DNA of 64,000 nucleotides, from the NCBI GenBank assembly GCA_964035575.1, contig OZ037837.1, positions 1,054,001 through 1,118,000 on the forward strand. Reading direction: 5' to 3'. Shown piece after piece: positions 23,646 through 34,401 of the stretch. The notes under the pieces are model-generated. The model searched no databases, was not told where the DNA came from, and was given only the letters and a program-made list of their open reading frames with translations. Position 1 is the first letter of the stretch, and each line of letters begins with the position of its first letter. The position numbers and the translations under genes are program-made. The stretch is from Rhynchopus sp. YZ270_cl-10 (Eukaryota).

Positions 23646-24472
23646 TTTGAAAGGTTTTGTTGTGGAAGTGTGACGAAGCCTGCGTTGGAAGAGTTGCGGA
23701 AGAAGGGGTGCGAGAGGTGGACACTTCGAATGTGTGTTCAAGAAACAAAAGAGTCTGACTCACTAGGGGGTTCGTTTAAAGGACCGACGTTCGTTTTGTG
23801 CGCCAAAAGACGAAAACCAAAATCAAAAATAAATGTTAAGATGCTCCACACGCTCTCTTTCAATCACCTTAACCTAAAACACCCATCCACGTGTACAAAC
23901 ACTGTGGAAAACTTGTGATTTTTATTTGCGCACAAAAAAAAATCACACAAAACAATACCCCCCTGTATTCCCTATCCCCATATTCCCTGGGTTCCCCTTC
24001 ATTTTGAAGAAACTGAGACGTACAGTGTACGCCCTTTTTTGTTTTGAATACTTAGTAGTATTTAGTGCTTCAGCTGAGGACACGTTTTTTTTTTTTTCTC
24101 TCATTTTTTTTTTTTTTGATAAATTGTTGGAGTAGTGTAGTTGCCTCGGTTGTGTTGCCACAGTTGTGCAATCTCCACTGTGTTTTTTTTTGGAACATTT
24201 TTTTTCCAATTCTCGCTGTGTTGCCTTTGACAGGCAGTGCAGACGGAGCTACTCTCGAATCGCGCGCCTTAATGTGATGCTAGCATGCAGATGGCTTACC
24301 CCTCACATCCTCCCAATCATAAAATCAATCCGATGATCAACCCAGACACCTGGTCATCTCCCAAAAGCAGCAGAAGCAGTCGTACGTACCTTGCTGCCAC
24401 AGCCCTCATCCCTCCCATTGTATTAAGCCCGTCACCCTGTACCCTTTGTTGCCATGCAGCACAACACACAGC

Positions 24473-25150
24473 TCATGCGAAAAGCATAAGGAAGGCAATC
24501 ATGAGCGCGAAAAGGCCGATCGCCTCAGTCAGGGCGAATCCCAGAATCGCGTAGTTGAAAAGTGCGCGCATCAGGTTGGGCTGACTGTGTGGGGTAAGTG
24601 GGTGTGGGTGGTGGTGGTCTGAGAATTGAAGAAAGTGTGTAAAAAGTTGCACATCATTGGCAAGTTGTTATTTAAAAACAGAAGGAGAATATAAGGGATA
24701 TATAAAATAGCACAGTAGCGTGCCACACAACATCCACACATCCAACAGTGCACTGCACTGCCACTGCACATACCGTGCGGCAGCGAGCAGGAAGCTTCCG
24801 AACACGTTACCGATACCAACACCGACTCCTGCAAGTGCGATGGCAGAGAGTCCGGTTCCAACGTAGTTGAGCCCGCTGACGGTCACCTGCAGGGAGCTGC
24901 TGTTGCGGACCTGTTGTGGTGGAGGGTGGTGTGGTGTGGTGTGGTTGGACAGGTCTTTCGTCATAAACACGCATTTAGATAAGTAAGATTTGTACGACAC
25001 TCAGACAGTTGAGACGAGAGGTTGCTGGCCGCAAAGGAACCTCGTGGACAACACCCACACATTGGGCGATCACCTCAGCAACAGGTGAACCACCTCACAT
25101 ACCTGTGCCTTCATGGCAAGGCGGGGTGCGAAACGGCTGACACGCATCAT
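24473..25150 (-). CDS. ATP9: ATP synthase subunit c, copy 4 (exons 25103-25150, 24774-24910, 24473-24584)
   Basis: Same protein; intron 2 and 3' flank are closest to copy 1. Confidence 0.96.
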
Positions 25151-25948
25151 TTTGAAAGGTTTTGTTGTGTTGTGTTTGAAACTCTGTTGTTGGTGTTGTA
25201 TTTGATTATAGGTGGTGACGGGCATTAGGCAATGAATACGTGGCCACGTACCGACGTCCAACAAACGTAGGTGAATAAAAACATTCGTGAATTTGAGAGC
25301 TCAAAAAAAAAATTTGGTCGGTGTTTACCCCACCAACATTTTCTAGATGCCAAATAATAAATAATTAGTCAATAATTAGTCACGCATGGAAGAGCACGCA
25401 CAACTCACAACACCCACAGCCGACACTACAGCGTGGACACAATTATAAAAACCCCTTCCCCACCCCTTTTGTTTTCAACCTCCATCCTTTTTGCGTTTCA
25501 CTTCTCCTTCTGCATAAAGCTCTCATCCCCCCTCCTCCCTCCCCTTGAGGCAGCGAACACCGCCAGCACCTTCCCCCTCCCCTTCCCACCCTTTCTAAAC
25601 ACCAACGTTGCAAAAACAAAACAAAAAAAAACGACAAAAATGAGTTGTAAGACATCTAAACCTATTCACACTTTTCCTAAAAATCCACCACTCTTGAGAA
25701 CAACATCCCGCCTCAGATCTGCACACACACACACATTTTTTTTTCCAAACGCGTAGTGTATTAAGAAACTAGACAAAAAGAAAGCCAACGTTCAGATCTT
25801 GTATAACAGTATTTCCCCTTGATTCCTTTCACCTTGCTCCAAACAGATTTTTACCCCTATTTGGCTGCGTTCAACGAAAAACACTGTTATATTTTAATTG
25901 TTATCAAGATCAGTTGGCGGATGATATCGTCTAGTTTTTTTCCAAAAT

Positions 25949-27775
25949 TTATACACCAATTTTAAAAACCGTCTTCAATATAGCACGGAACTCTGCTGCA
26001 GTGTACACACCACCACCACCACCTTCCCCTTTCGCATAAACCCCCAAAGACGGCAGACTTGTTCTGAGTGCTTCTACCATGGGCTGTGAAGAGAGAATAC
26101 CCTGAAGCTGCGTGAGGAGTACACGACTGTATGGCGGACGGAGATGGTTGAGGCAGAGCGCCATGCACATATGAAGACTACGTCTGTTGACACGCGGGGT
26201 GTCCGTTGAGACAGCTGAATGCACACGGCTGACGTACGGAAGCGGGGACGGCGCAGCCGCAGCTGCCAACCAATACGCTGCACAGCAATCATCCTGCGGG
26301 CCCTCCGGCATATCCCCTTCTGAGGTGCTCACAACCACACCCCAGAGGGTTTCGGCTACGACAGGGCAGGAGGCGAGCACGCCACGCACCGCAACAATCT
26401 CCAACACCGCACGCAACACCACCTTCACTACACGATGGAATGCGTCGTCCGCAATATGCGCAAAGACGACCTCCAGAAGCGCGCAATACCCATGCAACGC
26501 GACAGTCGCAGCCACACCACAGCTCTGCACCGCACGACGCAACGAAGGAATAAACGCGAGCACCACATCCCCCGTATGAGCTTCATCCGTATAGTGCGAC
26601 ACCTGCTGCAGATGCATGCATATCTCCACAACGTACGGCGCCTCTGCACCGTTCTGAAGATACGCAGACACGCTACTCAACACCCTCACCCACTCCCCGG
26701 GAGAGGTCCCCTCACCTTCATCACCATAGATGTCGTTCTCTGAATATTCCCCTGCCACTGCGTCACGACCCACTTTGCTGCAGATCTTTTGCATTAACAC
26801 CGTATTGCTGCACACCTCACGCTCCCAAGGGTTATACCGTGCCCTTTTCTGTGGAGGTTCGCTTGCATCGCGCGCTCTCCGGATTCGCTCTGCGTCTGCA
26901 GGGAAGAGAGATGGGTGTGTTTCCAACGCTGCCGTCACAGTACGTGGAGCTAACGGGAACACAGCGTGGATATGCTGCGCACCACGCGAGGCTAACAACG
27001 CCTCCTGAACTCTGTGCAGCACTGTAGACGCACGCTGTGACGTCTTTTCCACCCCTCTTGCCGCAACAAGCCTCAACACAGTATAAACACACGAAGCATA
27101 CGACCGACTACAAACACCAATCAACAACTCAACCAATCTCTCCGATTCTGGAACGCCATCCCTATGCGTCCCTAACACCCCTCCTAATAACCGATCAATC
27201 ATCTCCGGGAAGCATGCTGCTACTGCAGCCTGCACCTGAAGCGGGTAGAGGGAAACCTTTGGTGTCGCCAACGCCTTTTTTATACGCAACAAAATGAAAC
27301 GCAGGCAAGGGCTCTTCCAGTGTACAAAGCGGAGGTTGGCAAGGAGTTCTGCTAAGGGAGGGAACACTGCTGCGCTGTCTACCCATTGGGGCAGTGTTTT
27401 GCACTGCATAAAGGTGGTGTCGAGGGCGGCAATGCCTTCAGGGGTGAGAGCGGTACGCAGTGTGCGGAGGAAGATCTCTGTCACCATTTCATTTGCATCC
27501 AGCGTGTCTGTATGCGAGCCATGCGCCGCCCCAGCTGCATCCACCGCCATCGTTGTCTCAAGCAACACATTACACGTCGCAGGCAGCCCAACGTACCCCC
27601 CCGCCAGCACTGCGTTGACCTCTCCCCCACGCCCTCCCCCTGCAATATGCGAACGAACTGCAGCGGCAACAACAGGACCTCCAGAAAGAACCAGATCTAT
27701 CGAAGACAGGGGCAGTGCAGAAGAGGGTGTGGATGAGGATGTGGATGTAGGTGTAGGTGGGGGTGGAGGTTCCAT
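25949..27775 (-). CDS. Divergent NELF-C/D (TH1)-like protein (608 aa)
   Basis: N-terminal GG...V..VL...YVGLPATCNVL, LDTTF....LPQWV and L...H..SPCLRFIL, plus C-terminal LRPPYS..LL..L..IL, follow the order and spacing of TH1-family motifs as recalled. The CDS is solid; the family call needs an HMM search. Confidence 0.7.
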   Translation of the reverse strand: MEPPPPPTPTSTSSSTPSSALPLSSIDLVLSGGPVVAAAVRSHIAGGGRGGEVNAVLAGGYVGLPATCNVLLETTMAVDAAGAAHGSHTDTLDANEMVTEIFLRTLRTALTPEGIAALDTTFMQCKTLPQWVDSAAVFPPLAELLANLRFVHWKSPCLRFILLRIKKALATPKVSLYPLQVQAAVAACFPEMIDRLLGGVLGTHRDGVPESERLVELLIGVCSRSYASCVYTVLRLVAARGVEKTSQRASTVLHRVQEALLASRGAQHIHAVFPLAPRTVTAALETHPSLFPADAERIRRARDASEPPQKRARYNPWEREVCSNTVLMQKICSKVGRDAVAGEYSENDIYGDEGEGTSPGEWVRVLSSVSAYLQNGAEAPYVVEICMHLQQVSHYTDEAHTGDVVLAFIPSLRRAVQSCGVAATVALHGYCALLEVVFAHIADDAFHRVVKVVLRAVLEIVAVRGVLASCPVVAETLWGVVVSTSEGDMPEGPQDDCCAAYWLAAAAAPSPLPYVSRVHSAVSTDTPRVNRRSLHMCMALCLNHLRPPYSRVLLTQLQGILSSQPMVEALRTSLPSLGVYAKGEGGGGGVYTAAEFRAILKTVFKIGV

Positions 27776-27923
27776 AGTAAAAAGATAAGAAGGAAGAGAG
27801 GGAAGAGAAGGGTGTGTATGTGTGTCTCTGTTGTTCCGGAGAGAGGGGGAATAGGGGAAGAGGGGAAGAGGGGGAATGTTGTGGAGGAAAAAAAGGGAGT
27901 GAAAAAAATTTTGTTTAATTATA

Positions 27924-28048
27924 TGGTGTGGCTGAAGGGGGGTGTGCTATTTTCTGCTATTTTCTGCTATTCTGGGCATCTGGATTTTTTTGGTGCGGCT
28001 GAAGGGAGGTGCTATTTTCTGCTATTTTGGGGTCGTCGGCCCACACCA
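27924..28048. mobile_element. TGGTGT-terminus mini-element, 5-bp TSD TTATA
   Basis: TTATA|TGGTGTGG...CCACACCA|TTATA with internal GCTATTTTCT repeats. Confidence 0.85.
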
Positions 28049-28889
28049 TTATAGACTATTATGATACTATCTCTAGAGAGCAGCCACGGTTTTTCTTCAC
28101 AGGATCCTTTAAAAGAGAGCAAATAGAAGGAGTACGCTTTGCAGAAAAAGTTTAGAGTTGAAATAAAAAATAGGGGGGGGAGGGGCGGTGATGCTTTAAT
28201 TTATTCATTCTTTTTTTGTTTTTTTTTTTTGTTTTGTTTTTTTTGCTTCTTTTTTTTTTCCTGCATGTGTCGTTTGCTCATTTACTTTTTTATTGCTTTT
28301 CTTTTTTGTAGTCCTCCCTTTCTCCTATCCTCCCCCCTTTTCAAAATGGAAAAAAAAATTTTGAAAAAGAAGAAAAAAAAAAATCTACGGAGGACTACGA
28401 ACGGACCCTGCACACATGCACAAAAAACCCCTTTCCCCCTTACCCATGCCATTTTCTTTTTTCCTTTTTTCTTTTCCTTTATTTGCCACAATGTCACCCG
28501 AAGGTTAGCGTATCTGCACGGTTTCTTTTCTTTATTCCTTTATCGCATCGTCCAAAATTAAAATGACAAAAATGTCGAGCTTCAGTGGAAGCATTTCGAG
28601 CATAGTGTGGCATTTGTGCGCCTTGCACCAGGAGGGAACACACAACGTACCGTTTCTCTGCTTAGATGCATTCCGTCAAGACTCTGTGGTGTTACCGAAA
28701 GGGCCCATATTGACAGGTCCTTGACAGGTCCTTGACATGTCCCCGACAGTGGGGGGTGTCATTGTATAATTTGCTTTATAGTGGGGTTTTTTTTTGCCCG
28801 GGAAAATCACCCACTAAAGAAGGGGCAGTGCTCAAAACCGCCCGAAGTCTGGAAATGGCCATCTTCTGGGCTATGTAGGCATCATAGGT

Positions 28890-29386
28890 AGTACCATAGT
28901 ACCATAGTACCATAGTACCATAGTACCATAGTACCATAGTACCATAGTACCATAGTACCATAGTACCATAGTACCATAGTACCATAGTACCATAGTACCA
29001 TAGTACCATAGTACCATAGTACCATAGTACCATAGTACCATAGTACCATAGTACCATAGTACCATAGTACCATAGTACCATAGTACCATAGTACCATAGT
29101 ACCATAGTACCATAGTACCATAGTACCATAGTACCATAGTACCATAGTACCATAGTACCATAGTACCATAGTACCATAGTACCATAGTACCATAGTACCA
29201 TAGTACCATAGTACCATAGTACCATAGTACCATAGTACCATAGTACCATAGTACCATAGTACCATAGTACCATAGTACCATAGTACCATAGTACCATAGT
29301 ACCATAGTACCATAGTACCATAGTACCATAGTACCATAGTACCATAGTACCATAGTACCATAGTACCATAGTACCATAGTACCATA
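28890..29386. repeat. 8-bp tandem repeat (AGTACCAT) x ~62
   Basis: Perfect array. Confidence 0.98.
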
Positions 29387-29696
29387 AGATCGTTGTGCAT
29401 GAAGTGTGGGACACAAAAAATACCCAGCCGTCCCTGTATCAGTTGAGGAAGGGTTTGGGAGGAATGGTCGAGGCCATCATAAGCCTACGTGGGGGCGGTA
29501 CGTGGCCAATAGCTCACCTGTCACATCAGCAGCGATGCGACGTACGATTCTGTAACGAAGGAACACTTTGATTGAGTGGTGACGCTGGCCAGCAACAGGC
29601 GGACGCAGGACAGGATCCGAGCGTTCTGCCTACAGGACAAGGAGCTGCGCGAGGGGTTCGACACAGCGCCAACGTAGGGCGTTGACCTCTTCCTTC

Positions 29697-30095
29697 GTAC
29701 ACAGTACACAGTACACAGTACACAGTACACAGTACACAGTACACAGTACACAGTACACAGTACACAGTACACAGTACACAGTACACAGTACACAGTACAC
29801 AGTACACAGTACACAGTACACAGTACACAGTACACAGTACACAGTACACAGTACACAGTACACAGTACACAGTACACAGTACACAGTACACAGTACACAG
29901 TACACAGTACACAGTACACAGTACACAGTACACAGTACACAGTACACAGTACACAGTACACAGTACACAGTACACAGTACACAGTACACAGTACACAGTA
30001 CACAGTACACAGTACACAGTACACAGTACACAGTACACAGTACACAGTACACAGTACACAGTACACAGTACACAGTACACAGGACACAGTACACA
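29697..30095. repeat. 7-bp tandem repeat (GTACACA) x ~57
   Basis: Near-perfect array with one variant unit. Confidence 0.98.
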
Positions 30096-30949
30096 CCGGC
30101 AAACATGGTCAAAATCAGGTGGAATATACATAAGTACATCATGGGGGGGTAGGGAACAGGTAGCGCCGCAGGCGCACGGTACCCAACTTTTTTCTTTTTT
30201 ATTTTCCCTTTTCTCTGCTTTCTTTTGATTGCGCGAGCCGATTGCTCTCCACGGTGGGGTCACATGTGTGTCCAAAACTATCTGAAGTACACAGTACACA
30301 GTACAGTACTGTGGGGAAAAAATCCACTGTATACCAAATTATAAAATGACACACCCCCCCTATTTTGACAGGTCCTTGACAGGTCCTTGACATGTCCTTG
30401 ACAGGTGTACGGTAACACCACTCTGGAACAAAAAACCCCTACCCACCCCGACCTCCCCTATCACACCCCACATCGCACCTACAGATACTAAAAAAAATCG
30501 CTTCAACATACACGTCACCCCTCTCCTTTTCAACCACCTGTAATCTGTAATAAAACGGTGATGTACATGACGAGATAATTTTTTATAAAAAAAATCGCTT
30601 TTTTTTGGTGCAATCGGAACCCAAATTCCCCATACTTCTTCTGTCTGGTTCCAGATTACAACAATTTCTTTTTTGTTTCCTTTTTTTTTATTGTATCATC
30701 TTGAAAAAATAAGCAACCGCTTTTTAGACCCCAACCCCACCCGAAACCCCCTTTTTTGTGACATTCCCCTGACCCCCTTGGCCCCCCCGAAGTATATTTT
30801 CGGGCATCAAGTATGATGCTAACACGATCTCTATCCCCTATTACCCATATAGAATAGCGTATTGCAATAAAGGGGAAGGGGGGAGTACAAGAAAAGGGGA
30901 TATGACACATACAGCGTGTATGTGATGGAGGGGTGAAGTTACCTTTTAA

Positions 30950-31360
30950 CCTATTAGCCACTACCGTCGCATATATGCGCAGGTAAATCAGCACCAGCCT
31001 CCTAGACAATAAAATTTGGTCAAAAGTGGGAAAAAAAATTTTTAATGGATTCCGGGAGGTAGAAATGTGTGATTCCCCTATTTTTTTTGGATTTTTTAGA
31101 ATTTTGTTTTTGATTTTTTCCGCCACCCACAACACGCAAACCAAGGAAAATGCGTGAAACAGGGGGGGGCGGTCACAGCCTAACGAATGCGATTTTTTCG
31201 ATTTTGATTCTCAGAACCGCAGAAGTCCCCGAAGACCATACCAAACCACGTAGAGGACCCAAAAAATGCACCATCGCCCCAGTTTTGACCCAGAAACACT
31301 CAGATGATTCCAAAACAAAGAACGGGAAAAAAACCCCCACCCCCCTTAGTGGCTAATAGG
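30950..31360. mobile_element. piggyBac-like MITE
   Basis: TTAA|CCTATTAGCCACTA...TAGTGGCTAATAGG|TTAA: perfect 14-bp TIR, CC..GG ends, TTAA TSD. Confidence 0.9.
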
Positions 31361-31475
31361 TTAAACAATAAATAAAAATGTTAACCATAACAAATGCGTC
31401 ACGATGGACACAAAAAAAAAAAAAAAAAATGCCGCAAAAAAAAAACAGCTCTCAAAATGCAGAAGGGTTACAGGG

Positions 31476-33759
31476 TCAGCGTGTCAACGCACCAAAGGGT
31501 CCTGAAAGGAGGGGAGGTTATAAAAAATAGCATTTCATAATGTACCTGTAAATATGTTGGGCCGTAAAAAAAGTTGAATCGTAAATATGTTGAACCGTAA
31601 CAATGTTGGGACGAGCGAGGCTTTTTTGGGCTGTCCCAACATTTTTACGGTCCAACATATTTACAGGTACGGTATAAAAAAAAAAATCACCTCACCATCT
31701 TGAAGTAATTATATTCGTATTTTTCAATGTTTGAATGAAATATTTTCTTATACGGAAAGGATAGAAGTTAGTCCTTAACCCCCTTTTTTGAAATATTTCG
31801 TAAGGTAGAATGAGCTTAAAGCATAATACATTATACAGAAGGCTGTGTTGGTCACTACGAAATGGTAAAAGGTTAAATGGTGTGGCTGAAATCAGTTATC
31901 CAGTCTCTACTAGAAGTCGACAATGGTGTACATTGTTGGCTGTAGGCCACCAATAAAGATTTTTGTTTGTTTGTTTGTTTTTTGTGAGCCTGTGCACAGT
32001 ATCGGGAACCCCTTTGAGCCCCTTCTCGGAAAGTGTATACCTTGTTGTTTGGCGCTTGCTTGCTGTTGTGCGAGCTGTGCTTGCGCTTGCACGGTGGCCT
32101 GCTGTTGCTGGTACTGCGCGTGGAGCTGCTGGAGCTGGAGCTGCTGTTGCTGTATGAGTTGCTGCTGCTGCTGGGGTGTGAGCTGCCCGCGTTGCATCAG
32201 CTGCTGCATCTGCTGCTGCTGCTGCTGTGCGTGTGCCTGCAGCTGCTCCTGCTGCTGGCGATGTGCTTGGTCCTGCTGCGCAATCAGCTCCTGCGTCTGC
32301 TGCTGCTGCTGCTGCCGTGCCTGCTGTGCCTGCTGCTGCTGGCTCTGTGCAATCACCTGCCCATGCATCTTCTTCATCTCCAACAGCTGCTGCTGCACCT
32401 GCTGCAGCTGCTGCGACTGGATCGCGTTAACCTGAACAAATGATTTGTCATAAACAATACGTCTCGCAATACCCAACTCCCAAAGCCCATTTTTGTTCAC
32501 ACCCAGAAAAACAATAACGAGAATCGGGTATTAGATAATACCTAAATTCTACCTAAATAATATTCTAAAACCTAGCCGCATCAGTGTCAACCTCCGTATA
32601 CACGGCAACGCATATTTTCCTTTCATCTCTTTCCTACAAAGATTCACTATTCAACGATACACATTGTCACCAGGTAACTTCCTCCCACAAATCACCACCA
32701 TGCAACACCACTTTGCACAATCACACATACCTGTTCAGTCTGCTCCAACTTTGCCTTGAGCTGTTGCCCGAATGCCTGGTGCTGGACAAGCGCCTGCTGG
32801 AGCATCTGCTGCTGCTGGTTTTGCTGGTTTTGCTGCATCTGCTGCTTCTGCATCATTTGCTGCATCTGTTGCTGCTGCGGCTGCGGCTGCTGCTGCAACA
32901 GTTGCGGCTGCTGCAACAACTGCGGCTGGGGAAGCCTTTGCGCCATCTGCCCTGCCGGCAGTTGCCCCCCCACATGGAGCTGCGGGATGCCCCCTACCCC
33001 GACCTGCTGCGGTACCTGCGTCTTCGGCACTCTGATAAACGACGGCTTCTGCCCAGCAGGTGCCCCCTGCGATGCAAGCGCCTGAGGCCCTTTGCTAATC
33101 TTTTGGAAGACCTTGTCGCTGTTCGACGCTCCACCTCCTCCACCACGCCCGGTATGCTGCCTCCGCTGCTGGTCTGTCGCCAACGGGTTTAATCTCGGAG
33201 TCGACGCCTTAAAAAACTGCTGCTGCCCCGTCTTCTGCATCCCCATCTGCGCCGGCTGCTTCAGAAGCTGCTGAGGCTTCACCCCCCCTTTCCCCCCTCC
33301 TCTTCCTCCCTGCACCACACCGCCTGCTCCTCCTGCACCAGCACGTCTTGCGAAGACTTTTTTTCCATCAGCACCTTCCTTCTCTGTCACGGTCGATCCA
33401 GGGAGGGTTTTAGCCTTCTTTTTCGACTTTGTTGCGGGTGGGGTGAGCTGGGCTCCGGGGGCGGTGGAGGAGGCGGGTTTCTTGGTGCGCTTGGTGCTGG
33501 TTAGAACGACACCCGAGCTTGGCGCTGACTCTGCCTGCAGTGCAGCGAACTCCGCGCAGGCCATGTCATGGAAGGCTTGAAAGGACCCGGGTGCCATATA
33601 CTGCTCGAGCTCTGTGTTGATAAAGCTTGCAGGCCGTCCTTCTGAAACCATGATCGCCATCAGCTGTGTCAACACGGCATGGTGATCGTCAGAGTTGGCC
33701 ACACGAAACCCCGTCTGCGCAAGTTTGCTCAAGATGCGCTCCTTTAGTTGTTGCTGCAT
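31476..33759 (-). CDS. PWI-like N-terminal domain + long Gln-rich low-complexity protein (exons 32731-33759, 32041-32431, 31476-31501)
   Basis: The first ~75 aa resemble the Nab2/ZC3H14 PWI-like pattern (LKERILSKL...LMAIMVSEG...INTELEQYM....F). GT-AG junctions keep frame. The last exon (GPFGALTR*) is less certain. Confidence 0.75.
31540..31672. mobile_element. Tc1/mariner-type MITE (TA flanks) inside an intron; diverged relative at ~63580-63672
   Basis: TIR GTACCTGTAAATATGTTGG / CCAACATATTTACAGGTAC with TA on both sides. Confidence 0.75.
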
Positions 33760-34401
33760 GTTGAGGCGTTTGCCTTGTGCCTATATTCTCTGATGTGGTG
33801 AAAAAGTGTAGGGTTATAGTCAGAGGGGGCTATGGGGTATTGAAAATGTTTTTTGTTTGTTTTGAAAGTGCTTTGTGCTCTGTTTAATTTTGAGTTTTAG
33901 GGTTTATGGGGTTCATTGTACGTCCAAGACAAACAAAAAAAAATCAGGGTTTTTTGGACGGTCAAAATGGAAAAGATGGAGATTTTTTGTTCAGATGCTT
34001 TTTTTGTTTGTTTTTGTTTTTTTGAGAAACAATAATTTATAAAAATGGGGCGAGGGAAATCAAACAAACGGGGAAAATGGGATACAAAAAAAAAATAAAA
34101 AAAGGGGGTACATAAATAATTATACAAAAAGAGTAAAAAGGAAAGCTGGTTAGGGGTTCCCGGGGCTCAGGTTGGGCTAAGTTGAGCCCAAATTCAATTT
34201 CCAAAAAAAAAATGGCTCACGGAAAACCCTGATAACGGTACAAAAAAAAAGAAAACAAATCTAAAAAAAAGTATCGAAAGTTGTTCATTTATATGACAAC
34301 CTCGTTCTCCACACACCCCACTCCTGCACACTGCACACTTGTACTACAACGCACGCAAGCACATCACCAAACATAGTATCGTACACGAAGGACAACAACG
34401 C

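Larger units (their letters stand above)
28687..30420. mobile_element. TGGTGT-terminus element (1.7 kb), 5-bp TSD CTCTG, carrying two satellite arrays
   Basis: CTCTG|TGGTGTTACCG...CGGTAACACCA|CTCTG with TTGACAGGTCC x3-4 near both ends. Confidence 0.88.

Noticed and set aside
28776..30299. ORFs of YYGTMVLW and CVLCTVY repeats; possible CRISPR or telomere
   Set aside because: Translations of stop-free microsatellites. There are no spacers, the units are not TTAGGG-like, and the arrays are internal to a TSD-bounded element.
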